A DNA stretch of 64,000 nt. Source: Eledone cirrhosa (Eukaryota). Numbering within the stretch: position 1 is the first letter of the stretch; every line of letters begins with the position of its first letter. Of this stretch, positions 14,152 through 27,840 are shown piece by piece. The stretch covers positions 23,498,001 to 23,562,000 of the forward strand of contig OZ024762.1 in NCBI GenBank assembly GCA_964016885.1, written 5' to 3'. The position numbers and the translations under genes are program-made. The notes under the pieces are model-generated. The model searched no databases, was not told where the DNA came from, and saw nothing but the letters and a program-made list of their open reading frames with translations.

Positions 14152-16542
14152 AGAAGCAGGAAAATGCTTATTGTGATCCAGTTCGTGGTTAAGAAAGCCA
14201 GTTTCGTGGACGGTTTCAACGTACGGTTAGGGGTAACTCCACAAGTTTGTAAGAATTCCGTTCAATCTTGGAGTATAAAGTATAAAAGAGAAAACATAGG
14301 TAAGCATTAAGAAAAGGATTTTATCCAGGTATTTACGACCGTTTCATTGGTAAGTGCAACCTTATATTGCTATAGTGCAAATAGCAGCCACTCAATGATA
14401 ATTGTTGTTCACGTCCAAATTTTAAAAATAGTGAGTAAGTTACTTTTAAAAAAGGTTCTTAATATATAGAGATAAAATATTTTTTTGGAATTGTATTTAC
14501 TAGTATAGAGAGAGAGGGGAAGAGGGATTAGAAAGTGGGGGGGACAAGCGGGATAGTATAGAGAGAGAGGAAGGGTGATAAGAGTTAGGAAGTAGATTGA
14601 CAAACTGAGATGGAAGGAGTTTTGATACGTAGACTTCATGTCGTCGATTTAGATTGTAGTGAGTTAAAGAGAATTAAATTGTTTATAGTGGGAGGGATGG
14701 AGAGAGAAGGGGAGAGGAGGGAGATATAGAGAGATAAATATATATATAAAAAAATAAAATTAAAATAAAAAATTAAAATAAAGAAGGGGGGGGGGGAGAA
14801 GAAGAAGAGAAAAGATAGCCAAAACGGGGAGAGAAGAAAGGAAGAAAGCGAAAAGAAATAGAAAAGGAATGAAGGAGAAGGGAGGGATATCGGTATTGGT
14901 TTTTGTGGGTAATTAAAGGGGTTAGATACAATAAGAGGGTAGACATTCTAAGTATAAGCTGTTTGACAAGTGGTAGTAAGAGGTTAAGGGTTCGATTTGC
15001 ACTTGTAGTGCGAAAACTTTTCTTTGAGTCTATGGTTACAATAAATTGATCTTTCGATTTTATTGTTGAGTAACTTATTCTTCGAACTCAAAATGTGGAA
15101 CAGCTCAAGGTCACATAATCGACAGCTTCTCATACCACTCCGATATAGCGGCGCGTTCGATAATTGTTTCTACTTCAGCGTGTATTGGTGGTTACTTTCC
15201 CCCAGTTGCCAGGTCTTGTTTGCAAGGGTAGTTACATAACGATGTTGGGAATGTTTCATTGCGTAACGGTGTGTATACCAACGGGCTTTAAATGTATTCC
15301 CAGTCGCTCCGATGTAATACCATTGCTGGTTGTCTGATTCCACTGTGCATATGTAAACCAGGTTAGACTGCATACATTCATTATGTAATGGACATGTTTC
15401 AGGTAGGTGACAGTTACATTTCTTGTCATGGGCAACTTTGGCATTGTTGGTGGGCTGCGATGCCTGTACAAGTGTGTTACGTTTTGTTTGCCTATTAGCG
15501 GGTGGTTGTGTATTAGATATTCTGTTGTGTTCAATGGTGATTGTATTGTTATTGTTATAAATTTGTGTTCTGGTGTTGTTATGTATCTTTTTAGCGTTAG
15601 GCATCTTAATGTGTGCCTCTATGTTTGGTGCCGTGGAGTAAGATAATCTAATAGATTTGGTGTTAAGGATTTTGCTGAATCTATGTGAATCTGGAAAGGG
15701 CTTATTTATTATTCTAAAGAAGGTAGAGGGTAGGTTAGTATTAATAGAGGTGTTAAATATGGCGTTATACCAAATATATTTTCTACTGCGTGACTTGTTT
15801 GATTTCGATGTTGTATTTCTATTTGCAGTATAATTTGTAGTTCTATGCGTAAATGCGTGTGTGCGTGTGTTTCTGGAGTTTGTGTTATGCGTGTTCGTGT
15901 GCGCTTTGCGGAGGCTCTCATCTATATATTCTACTCTATCTAAGTGGCCTGCCTTGTCTAATGCGGTATTGTAGTATTCTGCATGTTCCTCGAAGATTTG
16001 TTGATTAGACGAGATGCGGGTTATCCTAAGGGATATGCTGCGTGGAATGGATTTAATTATGGATAGTGGGTGGTTTGAGTTACAGTTGATGTATGCTAAG
16101 TTTTCATTAATCTTGTGAAAAGGTCTTATAAGTCCCGTTTTTAGGTTAAGCGACGCGTCAAGAAAGTTAACTATTTTAGTGGTGTACACATACGTTATGC
16201 TAAGGCCTAGTTTTCCGAGAGTCTTTCTAATATTCTTACGGCGTCTTTCTATGCTCTGGTTATTTAGGTTCTTAACTAGGAGAGGGCGTCGTCTCTGTAG
16301 ATTCCACCGTGAAGATCGCTAAACTCACTCTGTAAACTATGGGCAATGTTTTTCTCTATATATTAAGAACTTTTTTTTAAAGTAACTTACACACTATTTT
16401 GAAAATTTGGACGTGAACAACAATTATCATTGAGTGGCTGCTATTTGCAGTATAGCAATATAAGGTTGCACTTACCAATGAAATGGTTGTAAATACCTGG
16501 ATAAAATCCTTTTCTTAATGCTTACCTGTGTTTTCTCTTTTA

Positions 16543-16546
<4 letters not shown>
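14147..16546 (-). mobile_element. 5'-truncated Penelope-like element with a 3' pseudo-LTR and an inverted pseudo-LTR copy at its 5' end, between (TA)n tracts
   Basis: 14279-14472 is inverted at 16352-16546; coding remnant lies between them. Confidence 0.9.
14950..16345 (-). pseudogene. PLE reverse transcriptase C-terminal part, Cys-rich linker and GIY-YIG endonuclease (Neptune/Nematis-like; disrupted)
   Basis: GIYRDDAL at ~16285-16305, FLD...YINCNSNHP, KCNC...CPL...C, NLVY...YYIGATGNTFKARWYTH; in-frame stop at 15170, then CRLCDLE...LLN. Confidence 0.9.
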
Positions 16547-16618
<72 letters not shown>

Positions 16619-16672
16619 TGTATATAGGGTGAGGCAGTTGCAAACATACACATCTTTGTATATCTCTGTCTC

Positions 16673-16739
<67 letters not shown>

Positions 16740-17210
16740 CGTTTCTGAATTTGTTTAACAAGATTCTTTATCTGAAAACGTGTGTTGAAACCGATATTGT
16801 TATACTTTGGGAGGGTCATGTTGCCAATAAGAACCACACGCACCATTTGCTTTCAATCCGATTTATTATAAATTAAATTATAAATTTAAAGATTTATAAA
16901 TTTCCGGTCGGTTGGTTGGTTCCACAACCGGACGATTGTTCATATATTGTCAAAGTTCTTTCGTCACACATTCTGTGACCTCTTCAGTGACTGGGATTCT
17001 TTTCTTTGTTTTGTGCCTCTCCTTTGTTCTGTCCTACGCGATCTTGTTTTTTTTTGTGTGCTGTGTGCTTAGTTTGCGCATGTGTTACATCCGGGTGTCT
17101 GTGTGTGTTTTTATTTGTTTATTTATTTGTTTATTTACATGTTACTGGTTGGTTGTTTGTTCTATGTGTGTGTGTTTTCATTTCGTACACACATACATAT
17201 GCATATATAT

Positions 17211-17367
17211 AACAAAGGAATTGTGGTAAGGAACCAAATGGACCATAAAGGACCAGAGTACTCAATACTTAGGGTAGTAGAGTGGGAAATTGGACAAAGT
17301 ATTTCCACGACGGCAGAGCTCAAGCCGTTTCGACGGCTTGAGCTCTTTCGTCGAGGTCATACTTTTT

Positions 17368-17411
<44 letters not shown>

Positions 17412-17731
17412 TATGTATGTGTGTGTATATATAAATATATATAAATAATAGATTATATATAGAGAGAGAAAGAGAGATTCATATAGACATATATATACAC
17501 ACACACACACATATATATATAACGAAGGAAATGTGGTAAGGAATCAGGTGGACCATAACGCACCAAAGTACTCAATACTTAGGGTAGTAGAGTGGGTAAT
17601 AGGAATGTGTAGGACCCCGACGGCCGAGCTCAAGCCGTTTCGACAGCTAATTCTGGACTAAAAATTTTTTTAGTCCAGAATTAGCCGTCGAAACGGCTTG
17701 AGCTCAGCCGTCGGGGTCCTACTCGTTCCTA
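17211..17731. mobile_element. Two copies of fold-back family B (others at 34438-34612, 37330-37521, 39830-39950, 43708-43935, 53498-53680, 54329-54538)
   Basis: Shared AACGAAGGAAATGTGGTAAG...GTACTCAATACTTAGGGTAGTAGAGTGGG...GACCCCGACGGCTGAGCTCAAGCCGTTTCGACGGC followed by its inverted copy; next to (TA)n. Confidence 0.85.
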
Positions 17732-18305
17732 TATATATATATACATATATATATATTGAGATAAGCAGAACAAGCAAAAATCAAACAATTTTAAAAAATA
17801 AATTAAAAACTATAATTTAAATATTTACTTGCTCTAAGTTGCTCTTACCGATCGGTTGAGCCCTTTACAAAACATTAGAAATCCATGGGATTTCTAATGG
17901 AAAAGTAAAGTTCATCAGAGAAGCATTTTCCTTTCCTAGGGCTAAAGTCCCAGGAACGGCAAAATATATTGCCATCTGCTAGCTAGCACAAGATCGAGTG
18001 AGGCCGAAATTTGACCTGTACATGAACTAGTCCGTAGCAAAAGCGGAAGTAAACATAGACGTGTTGTCTACTACACTACTAAAAATAGCAGCTAAATAGA
18101 ACAACAGATTTGTTCTCTACATAACGGAGAATATTAAAAGAAGTTAATATGCCCACGGGTACTAAGTACCCCTGGAAATATATAGGTTGTCTATGATACA
18201 GGGTTGTTCAATGGTATTAATTTGACATACCAGAACTATAATATTGATGTATGCATATATCTTTGTAAATATGCATGTGTATATGTGTATATGCATATGT
18301 ATTTG

Positions 18306-18402
<97 letters not shown>

Positions 18403-18725
18403 TATTACTTCTCTTCCAATACCATAGTGTAATAACATTGTTATAAACTTTTAGTTTATTATTACTATATATTATAATTGTTCCTTTATTTGTTGCCAAC
18501 CACTTGCAGAATGCTGGATGATACACAGCATTTTTTAGTCTTCACATATCTCTCTCTCTCCCTCTCTCTCTCTCTCTCACTCTCTCTCCTCGATCTTCCT
18601 CTCTCTCTCTCTCTCCTCGACCTCCCTCCCTCTCTCTCTCGATCTTTCTTTCGCTCTCTCTCTCTCTCTCTTTCTCTCTCCTCGATCTTCCTCTCTCTCT
18701 CTCTCTCTCTCTCTCTCCTCGACCT

Positions 18726-18841
<116 letters not shown>

Positions 18842-18906
18842 GCACATATATGTAATGTGTGTGTATGTACTTAAAAATACATGCGTACCCACACACACAC
18901 ACACAG

Positions 18907-18951
<45 letters not shown>

Positions 18952-19979
18952 GGGAGAGAGAGCGAGATAAACATACCCACATACCCACACACACTCACAC
19001 ACACACGCACGCCCACACACACATCTACAGACATAGACACATACACACATACACACATACACACATACACACACCTACCCACACATACACACATACCCAC
19101 ATACACACACACTCACACACATACACACACACACGCCCACACACACATCTACAGACATAGACGCATACACACATACACACATACACACACCTACCCACAC
19201 ATACCCACATACCCACATAGACACACGCATACACACATACACTCACACACACACACACATACCCACACACACACATACAACCACACATACCCACATACAC
19301 ACATACACACACACACACACACATGCACACACACACATGCACACACAACCGCATCTATACAGCTGTGTTCCTATCCACAATTCACTCATTCTGTAATTTA
19401 ATTCAATGCGGCAACACTTACTGTTGTTGTTGTTGTTGTTGTTGTAACTGATGTTGTTGTTGTTGTTGTTGCTGTTGTTGTTGTTGTTGTTGTTGTTGTA
19501 ACTGGTGATGTTTTTGTTGTTGTTGTTGTTGTTGTTGTAACTGATGTTGTTGTTGTTGTTGCTGTTGTTGCTGTTGTTGTTGTTGTTGTAACTGGTGATG
19601 TTTTTGTTGTTGTTGTTGTTGGTGGTGGTGGTGTTGTTGTTGTTGTTGTTGTAACTGATGATGTTGGTGTTGTTGTTGTTGTTGTTGTTGTTTCTGTTGG
19701 TATTGGTGATGTTGTTACTGTTGGTGTTCTTGATGTTGTTCTTTTTGTTGTTGTTGTTGGTGGTGGTGGTGATGTTTTTGTTGTTGTTGTTGTTGTTGGT
19801 TGTGGTGGTGGTGGTGGTGGTGGTGGTGTTGTTGTTGTTGTTGTTGTAACTGATGATGTTGTTTCGTTTACTTTATGCTGCCACCAATGAAATTAATATT
19901 CTCCTGATAAAAAAAATGGAAAACATATAAGAACAGGAATGTACATACCATTTCGTTTCGTTTTTCTGTTTGATGAGAT

Positions 19980-20023
<44 letters not shown>

Positions 20024-20038
20024 ATCTCTCTCTCTCTG

Positions 20039-20075
<37 letters not shown>

Positions 20076-20218
20076 CATACATATATATATATATTATATA
20101 TATATATATGAACGTATGCTTGTGTATGTGTCTATATATAAATATATATAATTAGAGAGAGAGAGAGAGACACATACGCATATATGCGTACATACATATA
20201 TACATATATATAGACATA

Positions 20219-20259
<41 letters not shown>

Positions 20260-20264
20260 GTATG

Positions 20265-20296
<32 letters not shown>

Positions 20297-20507
20297 TATA
20301 TGTATACTATCTCTGTGTTCAACATTAGCAAACACCAGATACATTAGCAAATATCTCTACAATACATTTTACAATCAAAAATCCTGAGGACAATATTGTT
20401 GTTTCTATAAATCTCTGAGGACGAAGCCTTAGAAAAAGGTCCACTGGTATTACCCTCGTTTGGAAATGGCAGGAATTATTTTAACCTGCATGTGAAACAA
20501 TTTTGTG

Positions 20508-20707
20508 TATGAGGGTCGACTGAAAGGGTCATAGTTTGACCAAGATGGTCTCATGGAATGACTAAATGAGGTTTATTTTTCAACATAGACCCTGGAAAGA
20601 AACTATGCAGTTATTAATAAGAAGAGTTGAAATTAATGCATGAAAAATTTCACAGCCCTAGCATCACTCCTTCATAGTCAACCTATGAACCTTTCATCCT
20701 ACCCTCG

Positions 20708-20709
<2 letters not shown>
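20508..20709 (+). mobile_element. ~200-bp mariner-type MITE; another right-end fragment at ~21197-21269
   Basis: Imperfect TIRs TA-TGAGGGTCGACTGAAAGGGTCATAG / CTATGAACCTTTCATCCTACCCTCG. Confidence 0.7.
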
Positions 20710-20776
<67 letters not shown>

Positions 20777-20783
20777 ACACACC

Positions 20784-20819
<36 letters not shown>

Positions 20820-20827
20820 TAAAGTTA

Positions 20828-20929
20828 GTCCTTCATCAGTGATCTTCCAACCATCATTGGTATTTCATCGCTTTAAAGACCATATACCTCCGGTTGGTGC
20901 GAGCAACGGCTAAAAAAAGTCGTTGGGAC
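20828..20929 (-). ncRNA. Scrambled (non-circularly permuted) hammerhead-like motif, copy B
   Basis: GTCC-hairpin-TCGC-A-CCAACC-GGA-GGTAT-A-TGGTCT-TTAAA-GCGA-T-GAA-ATACC-AATGAT-GGTTGG-A-AGATCA-CTGATGA-A-GGAC. Confidence 0.7.
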
Positions 20930-20939
20930 ACGTATATAT

Positions 20940-20971
<32 letters not shown>

Positions 20972-22355
20972 ATATATATACAATATATTAATAAATGGAA
21001 ACTATATTTATAAAACCATATTTATTTTATTATATATATTTCAAGGGCAACCAAAGCAAATTATGGTGCGCTTTCATCAGATAAAATACAGATTTGTTTT
21101 ATAAATAAATATTGACATACCCGGAAAAAAGACAACCTTAATGTTTGGAGCTTCCTGGATAGTGATATATATGTATATATATATATATATATATATTAAT
21201 TAGAAGAGTTCAAATTCATCACCTCTTCGTAGTCAACCTATGAACTTTTTTCCCACTCTACCCTCGTACTTCTGAATTTAATTTTGTGCAATGAATGAAT
21301 CTTATCAAACACTGGAATGATATGGACCTTCAGCTCCTGGATGAGTCCGTTGGGGCACCATATTTACATACCTCGGGTGTTTTTCAGGAATATTTAAACA
21401 CTTGGAGAGATAGGTACCACCAAGCATGTTCCCTGTAGTGTTTACATTACTCTATATTTACTATTGTATTTTCACGGTAAACACCTTGTCTCACATAAAT
21501 ATCTTACATAATATCGAATCTACGAGATTTTGGGAACAATACCCTAACATAGTGGGTAGTCGGTTACGGGCATTTTGAACAGAAAGGGGTGAGATAATTC
21601 TGGCCCGATACAACTAAAGGGTTAAGGCCAACTAAAATGCCAAGATGGGATGGACACACAGTCAACCATCTAGAATGGCTGCACCAATTGCAGCTCTATA
21701 GTGGCACCCCAACGACTAGCTGTACCAGTTGCGTTACCCTGACTGATTGAAATCTGGCGGAACCCATCCTCTCTCCGGGCCTGAATAAAGCAGATTTATT
21801 CCAGAGAAGGATAAAAAATGAGAGAAAGCAATTGAGAAAGAGATATAGAGGAAGAATCAACCCCAGTACTTGACCCCAGTACTTGACCCCAGTACTTGAC
21901 TGGTATTTTTATTTTATCGACCTTGAATGGATGAAAGGTGAAGTGGGTCAAGCCCTATATTTATCTGGTAAATGATGATTAAAAGACATTTAAACAATTA
22001 TAAAATGTTTAAAATTGCCGCATCACATATGCGTCGTAGATTCAGAGAATATCAAACGCTGTGGCATGGCACTTGCAGCAAAGATTTGTGCAATTCTAAA
22101 GCTTCCTTCAAATAAGACATGAGGACTGGACATTTAAAACGCCAGGTGTCTCGACTACTAAACAAAAGAACTGAACATGTTTCGTCATGCAGGTACAACA
22201 GAAAATTCATGCGAACAAACATTAAATCAAAACACACTGATAAGGCATGTTAAATAATGATTTACTTCGGAGAACACCAGATTATTTAAAGGAACCGTTG
22301 ATAATATTTTAACCAATATTAATCGTGTCTAATATTGATGTATGCAGTTGGTATA

Positions 22356-22508
<153 letters not shown>

Positions 22509-22850
22509 CACATAAGAAACAGAGAATCAGTGGTGCAACGAATTAAAATTTATTAGACATATTACAATCGTTTCTCTGGTGACCAGCTCGAGGCAGGATC
22601 GACGCAATGATCGAACCTGACTCTGAAATAGCAAGATCCTCAGATACGTCTCGATTCTTCGAAGCAGAGTTTCCAAATCAAACGGCCTACCGCATACGGA
22701 CGCTTTAAGCGATTTCACTCAACATTTCGCTATTTGCTACCACTTACGACCGATTTTCAAGAACTCGCAGTGGCTAAGATCAACACCTTTTCATCAAAGC
22801 AGATATTATTTTTATTTTACCTACCCAGGCAACGCTGGGTACTGCTGCTA

Positions 22851-22915
<65 letters not shown>

Positions 22916-22957
22916 ATGTAAATAATAATCAAAGTGTATTTAATCCTTCAAACATTT

Positions 22958-23010
22958 AATAACTAACGACCGTTTCATCCTAGCACAAGGTAGGATTCTT
23001 CAGAGTTATT
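22958..23010 (-). ncRNA. Type I hammerhead ribozyme motif
   Basis: AATAACT-CTGAAGA-ATCCTA[CCTTGTGC]TAGGAT-GAAA-CGGTCG-TT-AGTTATT: 7-bp stem I, 6-bp stem II. Confidence 0.85.
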
Positions 23011-23617
23011 ACAAGCTATTTCGGCTCTGTATTATACCTGTTATATTAGCTATATTCATACGTGTATCTGGGTAACATTTAATATTACTCACCAAATATA
23101 TATATGGGTGAACCTACAGTAACTCCGCGTTACACTCCCTGTATATAGATATATATACGCACGTTTCAGCTTAAGAAAAAGGAACTTAATTCATATATAT
23201 CTGTCCCTACATGCATGCATATATATATATATATGTGTGTGTGTTTTTGTGTGTGTATGTCAGTGTCTGAGAGAGAGAGAGAGAGAGAGGGGGGAGGGAG
23301 AGAGAGAGTCTATATGAGAGTATAAGTGTCTCTGTTCGTAACGACTGAAAACGGCGATATGGATCGAAATTAATCAATGAAAGCTACATTTGTAGTGAAA
23401 ATCTATGAGAAAAAATCACCAGAAGAGACAGAGAGTATTTATATGTAAGGGAAGTTATAGAGAGGGGGAGGAGGAGGCTGTGAGGAAATGATGGAAATAA
23501 GAGGAAGTGACACACACACACACACAGACAGACACACACACCACACACACACATATATATATATAAGAAAGTAAATAGAAAAATACAGAAAAACTAACAG
23601 ACTGGCAGACAGACACA

Positions 23618-23664
<47 letters not shown>

Positions 23665-23665
23665 G

Positions 23666-23699
<34 letters not shown>

Positions 23700-23897
23700 T
23701 ATGCATGTGAGAAATACACATACTAACAATTGCATTGAGTGGGAGGGAGGGTGGAGTTATTGAAGTAAATAAAAATATTCATATAAATACACACACACTC
23801 ACACACACACCACACACAAACCCACCACACACAAACACTACACACACACACATATATATATATATATTAAAGTATTACTAAATAGAGTTTCTCTCTC

Positions 23898-23934
<37 letters not shown>

Positions 23935-23939
23935 ATCTA

Positions 23940-23978
<39 letters not shown>

Positions 23979-24460
23979 TATAGAGAGAGGAGGGGTGAAA
24001 GGGGAAGAGAGTGAGGGGGATTTGGAAAGGAAAAAGAGGAGAAAGAGAATCATAAATAAAGCGAGAGGTTAACAAGAAATATATTGAGAGAGCGAGAGTG
24101 AGAGAAAGAGAGAGGGGGTAGAGAGAGATAGAAACAAAGAGAGAAAGAGATATAGATATAGATATAGAGAAAGAGAGAGACAATGAGAAAGAGAGAGAGG
24201 GATAAAAGAGAGAAAGAGAGAGATAGTGAGACAGAGATATAGATAGAGAAAAAGAGAGACACAGCGAGAGAGAGAGAGATAGATAGAGAGAGATTACATA
24301 AAATATATATTTATTGACTTCTGTGTTATTCGTACAGAAATATTTACTGTGAGGAAACAGCATCAAGCATAAAACCTGCTGGGAAGAAGACTTACATCTT
24401 TCACAGTTTACATGCTTATATATATATGTATATATATGTATATATACATACATATATATA

Positions 24461-24522
<62 letters not shown>

Positions 24523-24641
24523 GATATGTAAATATGTGTAAATTTATATATGTATGCATATATATCTGTGTATGTATATATATACACACACACACACATA
24601 TATATATATAAATTATGTATGTGTGTGTCTGTATATATCTG

Positions 24642-24694
<53 letters not shown>

Positions 24695-25068
24695 CTGTCT
24701 GTTTTGTGTGTGAGTGGATATCATGTTTAGATAAAAGGTAGCATTTCTTCTTACTTAAAATTTTAATTTTATCTTTAAGTATGCATTTACATATTTATAT
24801 ATTTACATAGTATATAATTATATATTTATATATTTACATAGCTATATCATTTTATATTTATATATTTACATAGCTATATCATTTTATATTTATATATTTA
24901 TATTAACTTAATATCGTATCCTGAAATTATGTATATTTTTTTAATAAAATCTTTATAGATTTTTCTTACTTAAAATATTTTTATGTCTACTTCTAGCAAA
25001 CAAAATATTTAAGGGCTCAATATATATATATATAATATTGATATTATATGACTCTCTGTATATGTATG

Positions 25069-25201
<133 letters not shown>

Positions 25202-25331
25202 ATGCATATGTGCTCTTGTTTTTATCTGCGAATGTTTGTGCACTTTCAATGAATTTGTGAATGTATATATATATATATATACACACACGTAAGTTCGTAT
25301 ATATATATATATTTATATATACCTAAGTTCG

Positions 25332-25365
<34 letters not shown>

Positions 25366-25376
25366 CCTAAGTTCGT

Positions 25377-25407
<31 letters not shown>

Positions 25408-25778
25408 TAAGGTCGTATATATATATACATATATTATACATATATATATACATATATGTGTGTGTATGTGTGTGTTCGTTTTGTAAATCAAAAATAGTTT
25501 TAATATACGCATCGAAAAACAGCGGGTTTTTCCTTCAAGCTTTTGAAATATTTAGAATTTCGCTTCCTGTTCTAACATTCAATACTTCTATGAAGAAGAG
25601 AAAGCGATGGAATGCTGTGTTTAAGTCAACGCTTCGGGTTTACAAAACATATTTTCACAATTTCTTGTACGTGTTTCTGTTCTTGTCTTTGTTTTCTTTC
25701 TTCTTCTTTAGCTCTAGTTCAAGCATGATCATGGAGAAGTAAGATCAAACCATTCCAAATGAGGCCATACACGTCTTA

Positions 25779-26161
25779 TTAACCTCTTCAGTCCTGTAGA
25801 CGAGATACCTGGTCCTAACATGTTTGAACTCGTTTCCAACAGTTCATAACTTCAAAGTTATGAACTCGTTTCTAACAGTTCATAACTTTAAATCTATGAA
25901 CTCGTTTCCAACAGTTCATATCTTCAAAGTTATGAACTCGTTTCTAACAGTTCATAACGTCAAATCTATGAGTTCGTTTCCAAAATTTCAAAACTTCAAA
26001 GCTAGATGGGGTTACTAGTGTATTGATGTGACGATTGTCAATCATTTAGATATGTGTTGTTAATAAATATTTGTTTTTAAAAAATAGTCATTTTACTGAG
26101 AAAAAAAACCCGCCACAGAAACTGTAACTGTTTAAAATATACACTGCAGTCAACAGGTTAA
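25779..26161. mobile_element. Possible TTAA-flanked (piggyBac-type) non-autonomous element with an internal 36-bp tandem repeat (25825-26003, 5 copies)
   Basis: Ends TTAA-CCT...AGG-TTAA; unit TGAACTCGTTTCCAACAGTTCATAACTTCAAAGTTA. Confidence 0.5.
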
Positions 26162-26164
26162 GTA

Positions 26165-27684
26165 TGTCTAGACCTAAATGTATGAATGGTCCCGTAACTC
26201 TTGATACAGTCTTAGGGGCGTCGTATTGTCATACGATGTTTCTTGGGCATTTTAAGCCTGGCGGAGCCCAACCCTCTCTAGGTCTGAGTACAGCAGATTT
26301 CTTCAAGAGAAAGATAGAAAGTAAGAGAGAGGAAATGAGAAAGAGATATAGAGGAAGAATCCACTCCAGTACTTGACTGGTATCATATATGTATGTATAG
26401 TCCAGTAACTCCTGATAGAGTCGTAACGGCGCTGTATAGACATACGGCGTTTCTTGACCATTTTAATCCTGACAGAGCCTATCCTTCTCCAGGCCTGAGT
26501 ACAGCAGATTTCTTCCAGAGAAAGATAGAAAATGAGAGAGAGGAAATGAAAAAGAGATATAGAGGAAGAATCGACCCCAGTACTAGACTGGTACTTTTTT
26601 TATAGACTTCGAAACGATGGAAGGCAAAGTTGACCTTGGTGGGATTTGAACTCAGAGAGCAGAGGGCCGGAACGAGTACCGCAAAGCATTCTATCTGACG
26701 TTCTAACGACTCTGCCATTCTATCTGACGTTCTAACTACTCTGCCATTCTATCTGACGTTCTAACTACTCTACCATTCCATCTGACGTTCTAACGACTCT
26801 ACCATTCTATCTGACGTTCTAACTACTCTGCCATTCTATCTGACGTTCTAACCACTCTGCCATTCTATCTGACGTTCTAACGACTCTGCCATTCTATCTG
26901 ACGTTCTAACGACTCTGCCATTCTATCTGACGTTCTAACTACTCTGCCATTCTATCTGACGTTCTAACGACTCTGCCATTCTATCTGACGTTCTAACGAC
27001 TCTGCCATTCTATCTGACGTTCTAACGACTCTGCCATTCTATCTGACGTTCTAACGACTCTGCCATTCTATCTGACTTTCTAACGACTCTGCCATTCTAT
27101 CAGACGTTCTAAGTACTCTACCATTCTATCTGGCGTTCTAACGACTCTACCATTCTATCTGACGTTCTAACCACTCTGCCATTCTATCAGACGTTCTAAC
27201 TACTCTGCCATTCTATCTGACGTTCTAACGACTCTGCCATTCTATCTGACGTTCTAACCACTCTGCCATTATATCTGACGTTCTAACGACTCTGCCATTC
27301 TATTTGACGTTCTAACCACTCTGCCATTCTATCTGACGTTCTAACCACTCTGCCATTCTATCTGACGTTCTAACCACTCTGCCATTCTATCTGACGTTCT
27401 AACGACTCTGCCATTCTATCTGACGTTCTAACGACTCTGCCATTCTATTTGACGTTCTAACCACTCTGCCATTCTATCTGACGTTCTAACGACTCTGCCA
27501 TTCTATCTGACGTTCTAACTACTCTACCATTCTATCTGACGTTCTAACCACTCTGCCATTCTATCTGACGTTCTAACGACTCTGCCATTCTATCTGACGT
27601 TCTAACGACTCTGCCATTCTATCTGACGTTCTAACTACTCTACCATTCTATCTGACGTTCTAACGACTCTGCCAATTTGCCGCC
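26165..27684 (-). mobile_element. tRNA-derived SINE with a duplicated 3' region and an internally amplified head
   Basis: Head GGCGGCAAATTGGCAGAGTCG at 27684, B-box GAGTTCAAATCC at ~26642-26653, core at 26570-26640; ~220-bp tandem duplication at 26165-26600. Confidence 0.85.
26687..27672. repeat. 29-bp minisatellite, 34 copies, derived from the SINE A-box region
   Basis: Unit CATTCTATCTGACGTTCTAACGACTCTGC; 986 bp / 29 = 34. Confidence 0.95.
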
Positions 27685-27709
27685 TATCTAGAGCTACATA
27701 GAAGCCAAT

Positions 27710-27840
27710 GAATTGTCAGAGTCGTTAGAGCGTCAGATAGAATGTTTTGCCGCATTCGTTCCTGCCCTCTAATGTCTGAGTTCAAATCCCACCGAGGTCA
27801 TCTTTGCCTACCATACATCCCAGGTCGAATATTGTAGACC
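27710..27840 (+). mobile_element. tRNA-derived SINE, head-to-head with the preceding copy
   Basis: TTGTCAGAGTCGTTAGAGCGTCAGATAGAATG...GAGTTCAAATCCCACCGAGGTC. Confidence 0.85.

Noticed and set aside
22040-22115. TCSKDLCN, resembling the Ly6/three-finger CCxxDxCN motif, after an AG
   Set aside because: Lacks the double Cys, acceptor is weak and no upstream exons were found
26687-27672. CRISPR-like appearance of the 29-, 35-, 36- and 55-bp arrays
   Set aside because: Units are contiguous with no unique spacers, no cas genes are present and the context is eukaryotic
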